The notes below the pieces were generated by a model, which did no database searches, was not told the origin of the DNA, and was given only the letters and a program-made list of their open reading frames with translations. Shown in pieces: positions 9,531 to 19,765 of a stretch of DNA of 64,000 nt. Positions within the stretch are counted from its first letter, which is position 1. Every line of letters begins with the position of its first letter. Origin of the DNA: Nitrospirota bacterium. GTDB taxonomy: Bacteria; Nitrospirota; Nitrospiria; Nitrospirales; NS-4. The stretch is from positions 352,001 to 416,000 of the forward strand of contig CAWBGA010000002.1 in assembly GCA_963788195.1 (NCBI GenBank), written 5' to 3'. Made by a program: the position numbers and the translations under genes.

Positions 9531-10043
9531 CTATACAGCCTGGAGCTTTTCCTCCAGCGCTTCAAAAGTGTTCGGCGCGACCTTCCTGAACCGTCGATCT
9601 CTCTTCAATGATGTGGCAATCGACGTCACCGGTGTCTTTCCTTTGATCCGCAGGCCCCCTTCAATCAGCCGATGACAAATATCCTTCGCATGCATTGCCG
9701 AGTGCGCATCCCTGAGAATGTGGAATGCGGCTTCTGAAACACTCATGCCGACATATTTAGATCGACCGAGAAGAATTTCGCGGGACTGGTCAGTGACGTC
9801 TACGAGAACGCCGGGACGGCCCGTTTTGTCTTTATCCGTATCCGTTATTTGGCTCGAAAGGCTGGCCAGCTTGGCTTTATCCACCTCTACCCGGTAGAGA
9901 GTCTCGGCAAGCTCGAGATACTTCTTAATCGTTGCAATTTCGTCGTCGATTTTTTCGCGCTTTTTTTGCAGATCCTGAAGTCTTGACTTGTAGACGTCGA
10001 TACGCTGGTCTAATCCGACAATAATGTCTTTAAGTTCTTCCAA
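9531..10043 (-). CDS. Coiled-coil plus HARE-HTH (RpoE/delta-like winged helix) protein
   Basis: Heptad N-terminus; C-terminal MSVSEAAFHILR...MHAKDI...GKTPVTSIATSLKRDRRF pattern; GAGG RBS, TTG start. Confidence 0.8.
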   Translation of the reverse strand: MEELKDIIVGLDQRIDVYKSRLQDLQKKREKIDDEIATIKKYLELAETLYRVEVDKAKLASLSSQITDTDKDKTGRPGVLVDVTDQSREILLGRSKYVGMSVSEAAFHILRDAHSAMHAKDICHRLIEGGLRIKGKTPVTSIATSLKRDRRFRKVAPNTFEALEEKLQAV

Positions 10044-10347
10044 AGCTTTACCTCACTAAGCAGCTTGCTTCTTAACATTTGCTTTAAAGCATGTCAACAA
10101 AAAAAATATACGGAGTTGTTTTAGTACTCTGTTAAATCGTGTGAAGTAATGGAAATAGATGGCTGCTTCGGCTAAAACTCGTAATTTCACCTAAGCGTGC
10201 TTGAACATGTCTGATCCAGTCATCACGTCGAAAACCGCTGATTTTGGCGCTGACAAATATGTGTTTTAGAATGCTGTTAATATTATGGCTTGCCACTATA
10301 TCTCGATAGGGCGACGTCCTTTACCCACAAGCGTGCTTTAGTGCAGA

Positions 10348-11352
10348 TTAAGTCTTGGGTAGGCTGGAGCTTACGGCGGACGGCTTCAGCGGGACGGCTT
10401 CCCAGCTGTTGGCGCCATCCACGCTGCGAAAGAGTCCGCTGCCGTTAGTGCCGGCGAAGATTGTCTGTGACTGCATTGGGCTTATCGCCATTGATCTGAT
10501 GTTCAGCGTTGTCAGCCCCTTGCTTGCCAGGGTCCAAGTATCGCCCCCGTCGGTCGTCTTGTGTACGCCTCGGCGCGTGCCTGCATATACGGTGGCCGGA
10601 TGCTGCGGGTCAATCAATAGAACGCTCAAGTAGGTATCGTTCAGGCCGTTTTCGATGCGTTTCCAAGATGCCCCGGCATCGACCGTTTTGAACAGCCCTT
10701 TTGTCGTGCCGGCGTAGACCGTGCCTGGCCGTGCGGGATCAGTCACGATGCTGTTCACTCCGAGAGCCATCGCGGCGTCCAGTTTTTCTTTAGGTATTAA
10801 TCCGTTGTTGACGAGTTGCCATGTCGCCGTTCCGTCCGTCGTCTTGTAGACGCCGCCCGTGGTTCCGGCGTACATGACATCAGGATTGTGGGGATCCATG
10901 GCGATTGTCACGACATAATGCACTTCCTTCATGCCGTGCATGCGCTCTGTCCAGAGACGTCCCCCGTCCTTCGACCGAAAAATGCCTACTGTAGTGGCGG
11001 CGTACATTGTGTCCGGCTCGGTGGGATGAAAGATGATTTGATTGACGACCGAAACATGCTCTTTCAGCCCGGCATTGTAAGGAAGCCAGGTTTGTCCGCC
11101 GTCGGAGCTCTTGTACACGGCGTCTCCCATGGTTCCCGCGAACACGTTTGAGGGGCTATGGGGATCCACGCCCAGGGTCAGCACGCGAAAGCTGCTGAGG
11201 TCCGTCGTGATCCTGTTCCAGCTCACTCCGCCGTCGCGGGTTTTGTACAACGATTCATTAGTGGCTACATAGATGATGGCGGGATTGCCAGGATGTGGAG
11301 CGATGGCAACGATCGTGTCGCTTTGTGACCCACAACCGCTTACCACGAACAT
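10348..11352 (-). CDS. BNR/Asp-box repeat beta-propeller (probable lipoprotein)
   Basis: Repeated K(S/T)xDGGxxW motifs; VSGC near N-terminus; true start possibly slightly upstream. Confidence 0.85.
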   Translation of the reverse strand: MFVVSGCGSQSDTIVAIAPHPGNPAIIYVATNESLYKTRDGGVSWNRITTDLSSFRVLTLGVDPHSPSNVFAGTMGDAVYKSSDGGQTWLPYNAGLKEHVSVVNQIIFHPTEPDTMYAATTVGIFRSKDGGRLWTERMHGMKEVHYVVTIAMDPHNPDVMYAGTTGGVYKTTDGTATWQLVNNGLIPKEKLDAAMALGVNSIVTDPARPGTVYAGTTKGLFKTVDAGASWKRIENGLNDTYLSVLLIDPQHPATVYAGTRRGVHKTTDGGDTWTLASKGLTTLNIRSMAISPMQSQTIFAGTNGSGLFRSVDGANSWEAVPLKPSAVSSSLPKT

Positions 11353-11410
11353 GAGGAGAAACGAAAACGATTCGGGCCATCGAAATCACCTATAGGTCTT
11401 TCAAGGCGAG

Positions 11411-12570
11411 CTACAGGCGTCGACGCAGTTCCGACGCGTACCCCGTGAGCTCGACATAGCCGTCGCCCGAGACCGACTGATCTCCGCGAGTGCCCTTTAC
11501 TGTCACGCTTCCTTCCCAATAAGTCACCTGAGTGCTGAACCGGGTAATCAGCTCTTGATCGCTGACTGTGGGCGTTAACTCAACAACAAGCCTGATCGCC
11601 GGAATACCGATTCGCCAACGACTGGGATAGCGGGCACCGCTCTTAGGGGAGCGCCAGTCGGCGAGAATCTCCACCCGGACATCTTCACGTTTCAGGGGAA
11701 TGCTCGTACCGTCCCGCTTGATCCAGGTGCCCGCTGACGATGGTTCGATCGAGCCATCTCGCCGGCGGATCTGATAGAGCATTAATTCGCTGAGGTCATT
11801 CAGTTGAATCGAGAACCAGTCCCAACCCACTTGCTCAGCGCCGAGCTGATTGCTTCCAAATTCATGATCCATCCAACTTATTCCGGTGACGGGAATCTCC
11901 CGGCCATCCAGGATAAGCCTCCCCACGGTCTTCATCCGGGTAAACGAGTAGTAGTGTGAGGCCTCAGTCTCGGCATCACCCTTCCGGCTGATACCTTGAT
12001 TGCCGTGAATAATTGGCGGCTTCTCCGCAACCAGTTCCAAATCGATTACCTGGCCGTCCTCCCCGGCATGGAGGCGATGACCGGCCGCATCACCTTCTGC
12101 CCGCCACTGGTCGATCCACACACGGAGCCTTCCGGTCTCCGCCCCCGCCTTGCCCAGACCCTCTCGTGATATCTTCTCGGCTACGTGAAACGCGCCGCGG
12201 CGTTCATCCGTGATAGCGAAGTGAGCAAAATAAATATTACGAATGGCCCATCGCGACGGGTTTTGGCTGACGCTGCTTGAAGCGATGGCGCGACGAAAGA
12301 AGGTGAGCTGGTACCCGTACTGCTGCTTGTCGGGGCCGACCAGGTGTCCGGTGTAATACCACCATTCGGTTTGAAAGTTCTCATGGCTGCCATGATCCCA
12401 GGGAAATCGGTACTCATAGCCGGGAAGGGCGGGACGGAAGGAAGGATCGGCTGAGGCGAAAGGCCGAAAGAAGTATGCAGCTGCCGATTAGAATAGGGGC
12501 AAGCCTGAGCCACGAGAATCGGAACGGCGGAATGAGGGACCACATCAGTTACGTCCGCAGAGCCTACCAT
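11411..12570 (-). CDS. AttH/CrtC-like lipocalin-domain hydrolase (frameshifted)
   Basis: SHYYSFTR, WMDHEFG, GWDWFSIQL, YWEGSV, GYVELTGY; N-terminal part in other frames. Confidence 0.85.
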
Positions 12571-12631
12571 ATGGGCGGATAGCTCTCAACGTCAGTGGTT
12601 CTTGTTAAGAATTTGACCGCGCCGGACCCCT

Positions 12632-13120
12632 ATGCTAGGCTCCGTCGCTGTGAAAGAGGTGCGACGAAATCTATGGATCGGCTGGATGGAAACGCTCGAC
12701 GGGATGGGTTATATCACCGCGGGCTTCAGCTTCCTTGTTCTTGGAATGATTGTTTTCGCTCACGCCTGGTATGCGTTCGTCACAACGTTCGCGAAAGGCG
12801 TCCTTCCGGCGGTGTTGGTCATGATTCACGATCTCTTATTGGTCGTGATCCTCTTGGAACTTTTCCGCACCATCATTAACTTTCTTAAAACCTTCGTCAT
12901 TACGCCGGAGCCGTTTCTGTACATCGGCATCATCGCGTCAACCCGGCGAATCCTGACCATAGGCGCGGAGGCATACTCCGAGAACCTCGCCCAGGAGCAA
13001 TTTGATCGGTACCTTCAGGATGTAGGACTCAATGTCCTCGTGATCGTGGCTCTGGTCTTCGCAGTATACCTGGCTCGCAAGCGTCCCCCGGTTGATGGAA
13101 GCGCCGCGCAGCTCGGCTGA
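12632..13120 (+). CDS. PsiE (phosphate-starvation-inducible E) family membrane protein
   Basis: Four TM segments; LLVVILLELFRT and EPFLYIGIIASTRRIL. Confidence 0.8.
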   Translation: MLGSVAVKEVRRNLWIGWMETLDGMGYITAGFSFLVLGMIVFAHAWYAFVTTFAKGVLPAVLVMIHDLLLVVILLELFRTIINFLKTFVITPEPFLYIGIIASTRRILTIGAEAYSENLAQEQFDRYLQDVGLNVLVIVALVFAVYLARKRPPVDGSAAQLG

Positions 13121-13126
13121 TTGCCC

Positions 13127-13654
13127 TCAAGGGCGAGGGCGAAACCGGTCTATATTGTTTATTCGTCCGGAGCGATCGAACTCCACCACCACAATCCAGT
13201 CGCCGACATAGCTGTAGCGCAATGCGTTCGACACAGGGGCGATCAGTCCAGACCCTGCGACCAGCGGCAAGCCTGAGATATACGTAGGTGGACCCGCACG
13301 GGCCAGCACCTCCGCTTCGGTCATCCCGATTGAAAGCATACGGTACACCTCAAAAGGCATTTCTCGGTATGGACGTGGCTCCTCGGCTCTCGTAGAGATC
13401 GAAGGCTTCCCGGGTTCCGACGGAATCTCGGGCATGAAGCCGGATTCCCTCGGGTTGCTATAGCGGCTCGTGATGATTTGCAGTAGCTGCGATTTGGGCT
13501 CGTACGATTTACAGTCCGAGTAGGACTCGGGTTTGTTCGTGTAGATCTCGGATCCATCCGGAAGGGCGCACCGCCACATATCCGCCCCAGCTATCGGGGG
13601 CAGTCCCAACAGAAGAAGGAAAAACGCAGGGAGAAAAGAGCGCTTGCTGACCAT
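13127..13654 (-). CDS. Exported protein, DUF4124-like N-terminus plus SmpA/OmlA-like C-terminus
   Basis: Signal peptide, ADMWRC...DG..YTNKP; GMTEAEVLARAGPP. Confidence 0.7.
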   Translation of the reverse strand: MVSKRSFLPAFFLLLLGLPPIAGADMWRCALPDGSEIYTNKPESYSDCKSYEPKSQLLQIITSRYSNPRESGFMPEIPSEPGKPSISTRAEEPRPYREMPFEVYRMLSIGMTEAEVLARAGPPTYISGLPLVAGSGLIAPVSNALRYSYVGDWIVVVEFDRSGRINNIDRFRPRP

Positions 13655-13816
13655 GAGTAACTCCTCTTTTAAATGTTTAGGCGCTCAGATTACCCCTTAT
13701 TCCTGGTTATCTCTCTTCATCTGATGGTGGGTACAGTATTCCCCACTATTAGATTAACCTACCAGTCCATTGTCTAGTCCGTGCATTGTTAAATGTTTTG
13801 TCTTGGGTGTCGGTAC

Positions 13817-14039
13817 CTAATCCATGGTACAGGTCTTCGGGAAATATCGTCCGAGCGGCTGACCCGCCTTGGACTGGAGGACTACATCGTTCTCCCATCG
13901 AAACACCAGGCAGCGAAAGCCGTCCCATTTCGGCTCGAATTGCCACTGTTCTCCTTCAGGGAGGCTTCGTAGCGCGCCTCGCCTCCATTGGAGGGTACGG
14001 GATCGGCAGCAGGTAACACCGGAAAAGTGGATGTTTCAA
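13817..14039 (-). pseudogene. N-terminal remnant of an ATP-dependent DNA ligase (LigC-like)
   Basis: Manual translation YPPMEAR... then, after a frameshift, EGEQWQFEPKWDGFRCLVFRWENDVVLQSKAGQPLGRYFP; KxDG motif I; stop follows shortly. Confidence 0.8.
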
Positions 14040-14761
14040 TGCTCGGGGTCATCGTAGAACTTTTCCCGGTAGATGGGGCAGAGGCCTTTGCTTCGAACGG
14101 CTTCCGTGACGTCCTTAAGCATTCCGCTGTTGCCGCACAGGTAGACCGCGAGGTTGTCCACGGATGTAATGTACTCGTCAATGAGCCGGGTCACTCGCCC
14201 CGTCTTGCCGCTCCAACCGTCCCCCGGCTGGGACAGGGTGATCACGAATCGGAAATTCGGATGAGCCGCGGCGAAGGCTTCAAACTCATCCAGATAGTAA
14301 AGGTCCCGTTGATGACGCACACCCCAAATCAGTGTGACCGAAGAAGAACAACCGCGTTCAAAGAGAGTCGACAACATCGATCGAAAGGGTGCGATACCGG
14401 TGCCTGTCGCGACAAGCAGATGATCGCGGCCCAGATCGTCATGGAGATAGAATGCGCCGGCGGGCCCCTTGAACTGCGTCACGTCACCCGGCCGGAGACC
14501 GAACAGGTAGGTGGATCCCGGTCCGTTGGGAACCAGGTTCAGCAGCAGATCCAGGCTGTCCTGTCGGCTGGGAGGCGAGACGATCGAGTAGGGCCGTACG
14601 AGGGGAAACTTCCGACCCTCCTGATGAATCTCGAACGAGATGAATTGGCCGGCTTTGAATGCCATCGTGGCGGGCTGTTGCAACCTAAAGCTGATCTCAC
14701 GCACATCATGCGTTAAGTCTCTGAGCCCGCTTACTTGCGCGCTGAAGGATTGGATCGACAT
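14036..14761 (-). CDS. FAD/NAD(P)-binding oxidoreductase (ferredoxin-reductase type)
   Basis: FKAGQF, RPYSI, GPGSTYL, ATGTGIAPF, YLCG, EKF. Confidence 0.93.
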   Translation of the reverse strand: MSIQSFSAQVSGLRDLTHDVREISFRLQQPATMAFKAGQFISFEIHQEGRKFPLVRPYSIVSPPSRQDSLDLLLNLVPNGPGSTYLFGLRPGDVTQFKGPAGAFYLHDDLGRDHLLVATGTGIAPFRSMLSTLFERGCSSSVTLIWGVRHQRDLYYLDEFEAFAAAHPNFRFVITLSQPGDGWSGKTGRVTRLIDEYITSVDNLAVYLCGNSGMLKDVTEAVRSKGLCPIYREKFYDDPEH

Positions 14762-14846
14762 TGATCTATTATACTGCCTAGAGCAATCGTATACGCTTCA
14801 CCCACGGAGAGATGTCGGCTCACTTTGGTAAAGGGCTCCGGTCCGT

Positions 14847-16556
14847 TTACCGGGGGGTGGGTTCCTGCTGGGCTTTCTCTATTTTAGCCCAACTGTCTCG
14901 CAATGCGACGGTGCGGTTAAAGATCAACTGTCCGTTGGTCGAGTCCTGGTCGACGCAGAAGTATCCCTGCCGCTCGAACTGATATCGGCTGAACGGCGCG
15001 GCTCCGGCGAGACTTGGTTCGATCTTACACCCGGTCAAACGCTCGAGAGAGTTGGGGTTTAAATGAGCGGTGAAGTCCCGGCCGTCCGTGACATCGCCCG
15101 GGTCGGGCTTCAGAAAGAGATGCTCATACAATCGGGCTTCGGCCCCAAGGGCCTGGGCGGCCGAGACCCAATGTAAGGTCCCTTTCACCTTTCGTGCCGC
15201 TTGCGCCTCCCCGCTGCGTGTCTCCGGGTCATAGGTGCAATGCACCTTGACGACCTCGCCGGTCTGATCATCCTTCTCGACGCTGACGCATTTGATGATA
15301 TAGGCGTACCGAAGGCGCACTTCCTGCCCCGGCGTCAGCCGGAAGAACTTCTTCGGGGGAACTTCGCGGAAGTCATCCTGTTCAATGTACAAGGACCGCG
15401 AAAAAGGGATCGTCCTGGTGCCCGCAGCGGGATCTTCCGGGTTGTTAACGGCTTGCAGGTCTTCAACCTGGCCTTCGGGATAGTTGTCGATAACGACCAG
15501 CAAGGGGCGGAGCACCGCCATGACACGCGGGGCCCGTGTATTGAGATCTTCCCGGATGAAGTGCTCGAGCAACGCCATCTCAATCACACCATCGCGCTTG
15601 GCCACGCCGATGTGGTCGCAGAACGCCCGGATCGCCTCCGGGGTGTAGCCGCGCCTCCGCAGACCTTGGAGTGTCGGGAGGCGCGGATCGTCCCATCCGT
15701 CGACAAGCTTCTTCTCTACCAAGTCAAGCAATTTGCGCTTGCTCATGACGGTGTGGCTGAGGTTGAGCCGGGCGAATTCGATCTGCTGCGGCCGAGACGG
15801 AGCGTCCGATTCTTCCACGACCCAATTATAGAGTGGCCGGTGGTCCTCAAATTCCAGGGTGCAGATCGAATGAGTAATACCTTCAACCGCATCGGAGAGG
15901 GGATGAGCAAAGTCATATGTAGGATAGATGCACCAGGCATCCCCTGTCCGGTGATGGGCCGCGTGCCGGATGCGATACAGAGTGGGATCACGCATATTCA
16001 CATTGGGGGAGGCCATGTCGATTTTCGCGCGCAGGACATGCGCCCCGTCGGGGAATTCCCCCGCCCGCATGCGCGCGAACAGATCAAGATTCTCTTCAAC
16101 TGATCGCGTGCGGTAAGGACTGTCCTTGCCCGGCTCGGTCAAGGTGCCCCGATATCGCCGGATATCCTCTGCGCTCAGGCTGTCGACGTAGGCCTTTCCC
16201 TTCTTTGTCAGGTGCACGGCGAACTCATAGAGCCGCTCGAAGTAATCAGAGGCATAAAACAGGCGATCCTCCCAGTCGAAGCCCATCCAACGCACATCCT
16301 TTTGAATGGCCTGGACGTATTCCGTGTTCTCCTTGCTTGGATTTGTATCGTCAAACCGCAGATTGGTCTTGCCGCCGAATTCCTTGGCGATGCCGAAATT
16401 CAGACAGATGGATTTGGCGTGGCCGATGTGCAAATAGCCGTTGGGTTCCGGCGGAAAGCGGGTGACGACCCGACCCCCGTGCTTGCCGGACGTCAGATCA
16501 TTCGCCACGATCTCACGGATAAAGTTTCCTGCCTGCGAAGCATCAGGCGCTGGCAT
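14847..16556 (-). CDS. glnS: Glutamine--tRNA ligase
   Basis: [39 protein letters not shown]. Confidence 0.98.
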   Translation of the reverse strand: MPAPDASQAGNFIREIVANDLTSGKHGGRVVTRFPPEPNGYLHIGHAKSICLNFGIAKEFGGKTNLRFDDTNPSKENTEYVQAIQKDVRWMGFDWEDRLFYASDYFERLYEFAVHLTKKGKAYVDSLSAEDIRRYRGTLTEPGKDSPYRTRSVEENLDLFARMRAGEFPDGAHVLRAKIDMASPNVNMRDPTLYRIRHAAHHRTGDAWCIYPTYDFAHPLSDAVEGITHSICTLEFEDHRPLYNWVVEESDAPSRPQQIEFARLNLSHTVMSKRKLLDLVEKKLVDGWDDPRLPTLQGLRRRGYTPEAIRAFCDHIGVAKRDGVIEMALLEHFIREDLNTRAPRVMAVLRPLLVVIDNYPEGQVEDLQAVNNPEDPAAGTRTIPFSRSLYIEQDDFREVPPKKFFRLTPGQEVRLRYAYIIKCVSVEKDDQTGEVVKVHCTYDPETRSGEAQAARKVKGTLHWVSAAQALGAEARLYEHLFLKPDPGDVTDGRDFTAHLNPNSLERLTGCKIEPSLAGAAPFSRYQFERQGYFCVDQDSTNGQLIFNRTVALRDSWAKIEKAQQEPTPR

Positions 16557-16648
16557 ACCGATCTCCTTGTGAATTCCCTGAGCCGGATAGTTTTATCACA
16601 AACGGCCGTGGTTCGTCCTGCCGCGGCGGCGTGGTCCTCGTGGTGCAT

Positions 16649-17590
16649 TCACTTGCCGGATCGAGCGCAGCGAAATCCCACGGTGGCGACGCGTTGGTCG
16701 GGGATGGCGCCGTTACGTGTGGCTGTCCGCAGTAGTGAGGGGCTGCTCTTCCAGGAGCCACCGCGGATGCTCTTGTAACGGCCGGAGGCGGGTCCCGAGG
16801 GGTTCCGCTGAGGCATCCTCGCGTAGTAATCAATCCCATACCAGTCTTCGACCCACTCGGCGATGTTGCCGGCCATGTGCCGCGCGCCGTAGGGACTCCG
16901 GCCTTCCACTCCGCTGTCCACGGCCGCAACCAACGGTATCTCGTGCGCATGATGCTTTCCGAACACCGCGAGATCCGGCGCCGGCCTCTTGCTGCCCCAT
17001 GGAAAGAGATTGGCCTGGGTCCCGCGCGCCGCTTTTTCCCACTCGGCCTCGGTCGGGAGACGTTTGCCCTGCTCGCGGCAAAACTCTGCTGCCTCGTTCC
17101 AGGAAACATACAAGGCAGGCCAGCGTGCGAGAACGTAGTCCGGGAGAAAGTGCACGCTGACGGTATGCCAGATCAGTCGCTGCAGCTCCTCAGAGGGCAG
17201 CTCATGCTGTTCTGCAAGGAAGTCGAGATATTCCGAAAGGCTTACCTCGTCGCGATCAATATCGAACGCATCCAGCCAGATGCGTCGTTGGGGCTGCTCC
17301 GTATCGTCGAATGGCCTTGCGATGCCGTAGGAATTGGTGTGTTTCAGAGCGGTGCCCATGAAGAACCAGCCTGGGGGCACGCTGACCATTGGAGACGGCC
17401 TGGAAAGCTCGGCAATGGCCTGCAGATGAGGCCCCAGTTCTGGCTGAGGCTCACCAGCCAATAGCCGGGACTGGACGGCGGAGTCGGCGGTGATGAACAG
17501 AACAAGCCCCACAAGACCTATACGTAGGAATTGGAACAGACGACCCAGGAGTCTCACTAGGTTGATAGTATTAGTCACTTTACTTGACAT
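16649..17590 (-). CDS. Formylglycine-generating enzyme (SUMF1) family protein
   Basis: RLPTEAEWEKAARG, MAGNIAEWV, RGGSW, GFRCA; N-terminal hydrophobic segment. Confidence 0.92.
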   Translation of the reverse strand: MSSKVTNTINLVRLLGRLFQFLRIGLVGLVLFITADSAVQSRLLAGEPQPELGPHLQAIAELSRPSPMVSVPPGWFFMGTALKHTNSYGIARPFDDTEQPQRRIWLDAFDIDRDEVSLSEYLDFLAEQHELPSEELQRLIWHTVSVHFLPDYVLARWPALYVSWNEAAEFCREQGKRLPTEAEWEKAARGTQANLFPWGSKRPAPDLAVFGKHHAHEIPLVAAVDSGVEGRSPYGARHMAGNIAEWVEDWYGIDYYARMPQRNPSGPASGRYKSIRGGSWKSSPSLLRTATRNGAIPDQRVATVGFRCARSGK

Positions 17591-17656
17591 GGTAGAGATA
17601 ATTAGTGAAAATAACGGAAGTACCAGGTAGACAGCCGCTGCAAGGAGGTGATGATT

Positions 17657-18052
17657 GTGAAATGTTTGCGCCCGTTGTTTCGAAAAGCTTTGTCCCTGTA
17701 CCTGATTATCGCACTTATGGCGCTTGGGTGTCTGCCATATGACCTGATGGCCGCGATGATTCCATCAGAGTTGGACAGTTCAGGAACGGCGAGCGCAATA
17801 GATCGCTCCGCTGACATTCAAACGATCCAGCATGTTCTGGAATCCAAAGTGGTGGCGCAGCGACTCGCCGATCTCGGTCTCTCTGTCGAGGAAGTCCAGC
17901 AGTCAATGTCCAAATTGACCTCGCAGGAATTGCACCAGATCGCCAGTAACCTGGATGGCCTGCAAACCGGCGGTGACTTTGGCCTCATCATCGGCGTTCT
18001 GGTTGTCGTCGTTCTCGTCTTGCTCATCATATTTCTGGCAAAAAGAGCCTGA
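17657..18052 (+). CDS. PA2779-family protein (signal peptide; GG motif; C-terminal TM)
   Basis: AGGAGGTGA RBS; LADLGLSVEEV...LTSQEL...TGG followed by hydrophobic C-terminus. Confidence 0.8.
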   Translation: MKCLRPLFRKALSLYLIIALMALGCLPYDLMAAMIPSELDSSGTASAIDRSADIQTIQHVLESKVVAQRLADLGLSVEEVQQSMSKLTSQELHQIASNLDGLQTGGDFGLIIGVLVVVVLVLLIIFLAKRA

Positions 18053-18053
18053 G

Positions 18054-18644
18054 ATGAGGAACGCCTATCTGATGGCGCGGGGCATGCTTTCCTTGTGCCT
18101 CGCTGCGACTATAGGGGGCTGTTCCACGGCCTGGCCGCTCCTCACAATGGAGGAGCGGCCCCTTTCTACAAATGCGATCTATGTCAAGCAAGTGCCGTTC
18201 TATCCGCAAACGCAATATCAGTGCGGCCCGGCTTCTTTGGCCACCGTCCTTAACTATTGGGGTCGGCACGTCACGCCGGAGCAGATCGCTGAAGAGATCT
18301 ATCGGCCGCGGATGAAAGGCACTCTGAGCCTCGATCTTTGGCGATACGCAAAAACGCAGGATCTTCAGGCCTCGGTACAGCAGGGCTCTTGGGAGTTTTT
18401 GGAGATGCAGGTCAGTCGCGATCGCCCGGTCATCGCGTTCTTGAACTTTGGTTTTCGGGAGGTCCCCCTCGGGCACTTTCTGGTAGTGGTGGGGGTGGAT
18501 CCGGACGATAAGAATGTCATCGCTTACTCTGGGGTCGATAAGAATCAACGGATTCCCTTCGATCGTTTCAAGGCGGCCTGGGAGAAAACAAACTACTGGT
18601 CCCTGCTTATTGAGCCCAACCCAGGTTCTGATCAAGGCGCATAA
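18054..18644 (+). CDS. C39-like cysteine peptidase lipoprotein (PA2778-like)
   Basis: Lipobox IGGC; VPFYPQTQYQCGPASLA; GHFLVVVG. Confidence 0.88.
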   Translation: MRNAYLMARGMLSLCLAATIGGCSTAWPLLTMEERPLSTNAIYVKQVPFYPQTQYQCGPASLATVLNYWGRHVTPEQIAEEIYRPRMKGTLSLDLWRYAKTQDLQASVQQGSWEFLEMQVSRDRPVIAFLNFGFREVPLGHFLVVVGVDPDDKNVIAYSGVDKNQRIPFDRFKAAWEKTNYWSLLIEPNPGSDQGA

Positions 18645-18645
18645 A

Positions 18646-19299
18646 ATGCCTGGAATGTTGATTGTCTTTGTTGCGGGATTGCTGGCATTCGGGTGCTCCT
18701 TCCTGCCCAAGGCCTACGAATTCCATGACCCCTTAACGCCTACGGAACATTTGGCGCTGGGAGTGAGCTACGAGTCCGAAGGCAAAACCAGCCTGGCCAT
18801 CGCTGAGTACAAGAAAGTCATTGAGAGCGATGCCCGCAACCACGGTGTGACGGCGAGGGTGTTCCTTGGAAACGTCTATGCGGGACTGGAGCAATATCAG
18901 ACAGCAGAACAGTACTATCGTGAAGCGCTTTCTCTTGATCCGCACCGTGGTCAGGCCTTGAATAACCTGGCATCCATTTTTGTAAAACAGGCTACCAAAC
19001 TGCAGGAGGCTGAAGTTCTTGCACAAACGGCTCTTGCCGAGGCGGAACTCAGGAATACCGCCGGGCAAAAGGGCGTCTATCTCGAGACGCTGGGTGAAGT
19101 GCTCTTGCGGCAAGGGCGGTATGCAGAGGCCCTCGAGAATTTTCAAAAGGCTGAGGCCTTCAAGGATCAGGGAAAGCCATATTGGACGTTCCAACTCTAC
19201 ACAAACATGGCAGATGCCTATGAAAAACTAGGCCGGTTGCCCGAAGCTGAGGAAGCGCGAAAACGTGCTGAAGATTTTCGCGAATCCCGAGGCAGCTGA
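18646..19299 (+). CDS. TPR lipoprotein
   Basis: LAFGC lipobox; several TPR-like helical repeats (LGNVY, ALNNLA, LETLGEV). Confidence 0.88.
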   Translation: MPGMLIVFVAGLLAFGCSFLPKAYEFHDPLTPTEHLALGVSYESEGKTSLAIAEYKKVIESDARNHGVTARVFLGNVYAGLEQYQTAEQYYREALSLDPHRGQALNNLASIFVKQATKLQEAEVLAQTALAEAELRNTAGQKGVYLETLGEVLLRQGRYAEALENFQKAEAFKDQGKPYWTFQLYTNMADAYEKLGRLPEAEEARKRAEDFRESRGS

Positions 19300-19765
19300 C
19301 AGCCATTTGTCCCGTACCGGATGCGGCTTGTCCTCCTAGGGCATTCCTTGCTCCCACGATCCATTGTCCGACTGATCAGCCCATAGCCCCCAGCCCACCA
19401 GCCCCCAGCGTACTAAATCCTCACCAGGTCAGCGCTTGCTCTTCTCTCAACAATCCATTCGGTTCTGGTATATATCAGCCGTTGTTCTTACACGCGTCCA
19501 TCAGGCCTACGGTAAGTCATCGCGTAGCGAAGAGATTTGGTATAAATACTTAGAATAATAAATTTAATAGAGCTTGACGAACTTGCCCGTCACGCGTAGC
19601 ATCCGGAGTGTGACGTCATAAGCTCCGTCGGCTGCTCGCGTTTTTATTGCCTACAGCGCGATTCCGCTCCCAGTCTGCGCCGCTTCTACGCCAGCCTGTT
19701 TGCTTGCTGCATGTATTTTGACCAGGGTGGTGCGTTTCGGCAGAGATTGGATAGGAGGGTGACCT

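Noticed and set aside
15201..16103. Long antisense ORFs (also 13988..14716, 46603..47544, 60913..62133, 62888..63898)
   Set aside because: Shadow frames opposite well-supported genes in GC-rich DNA.
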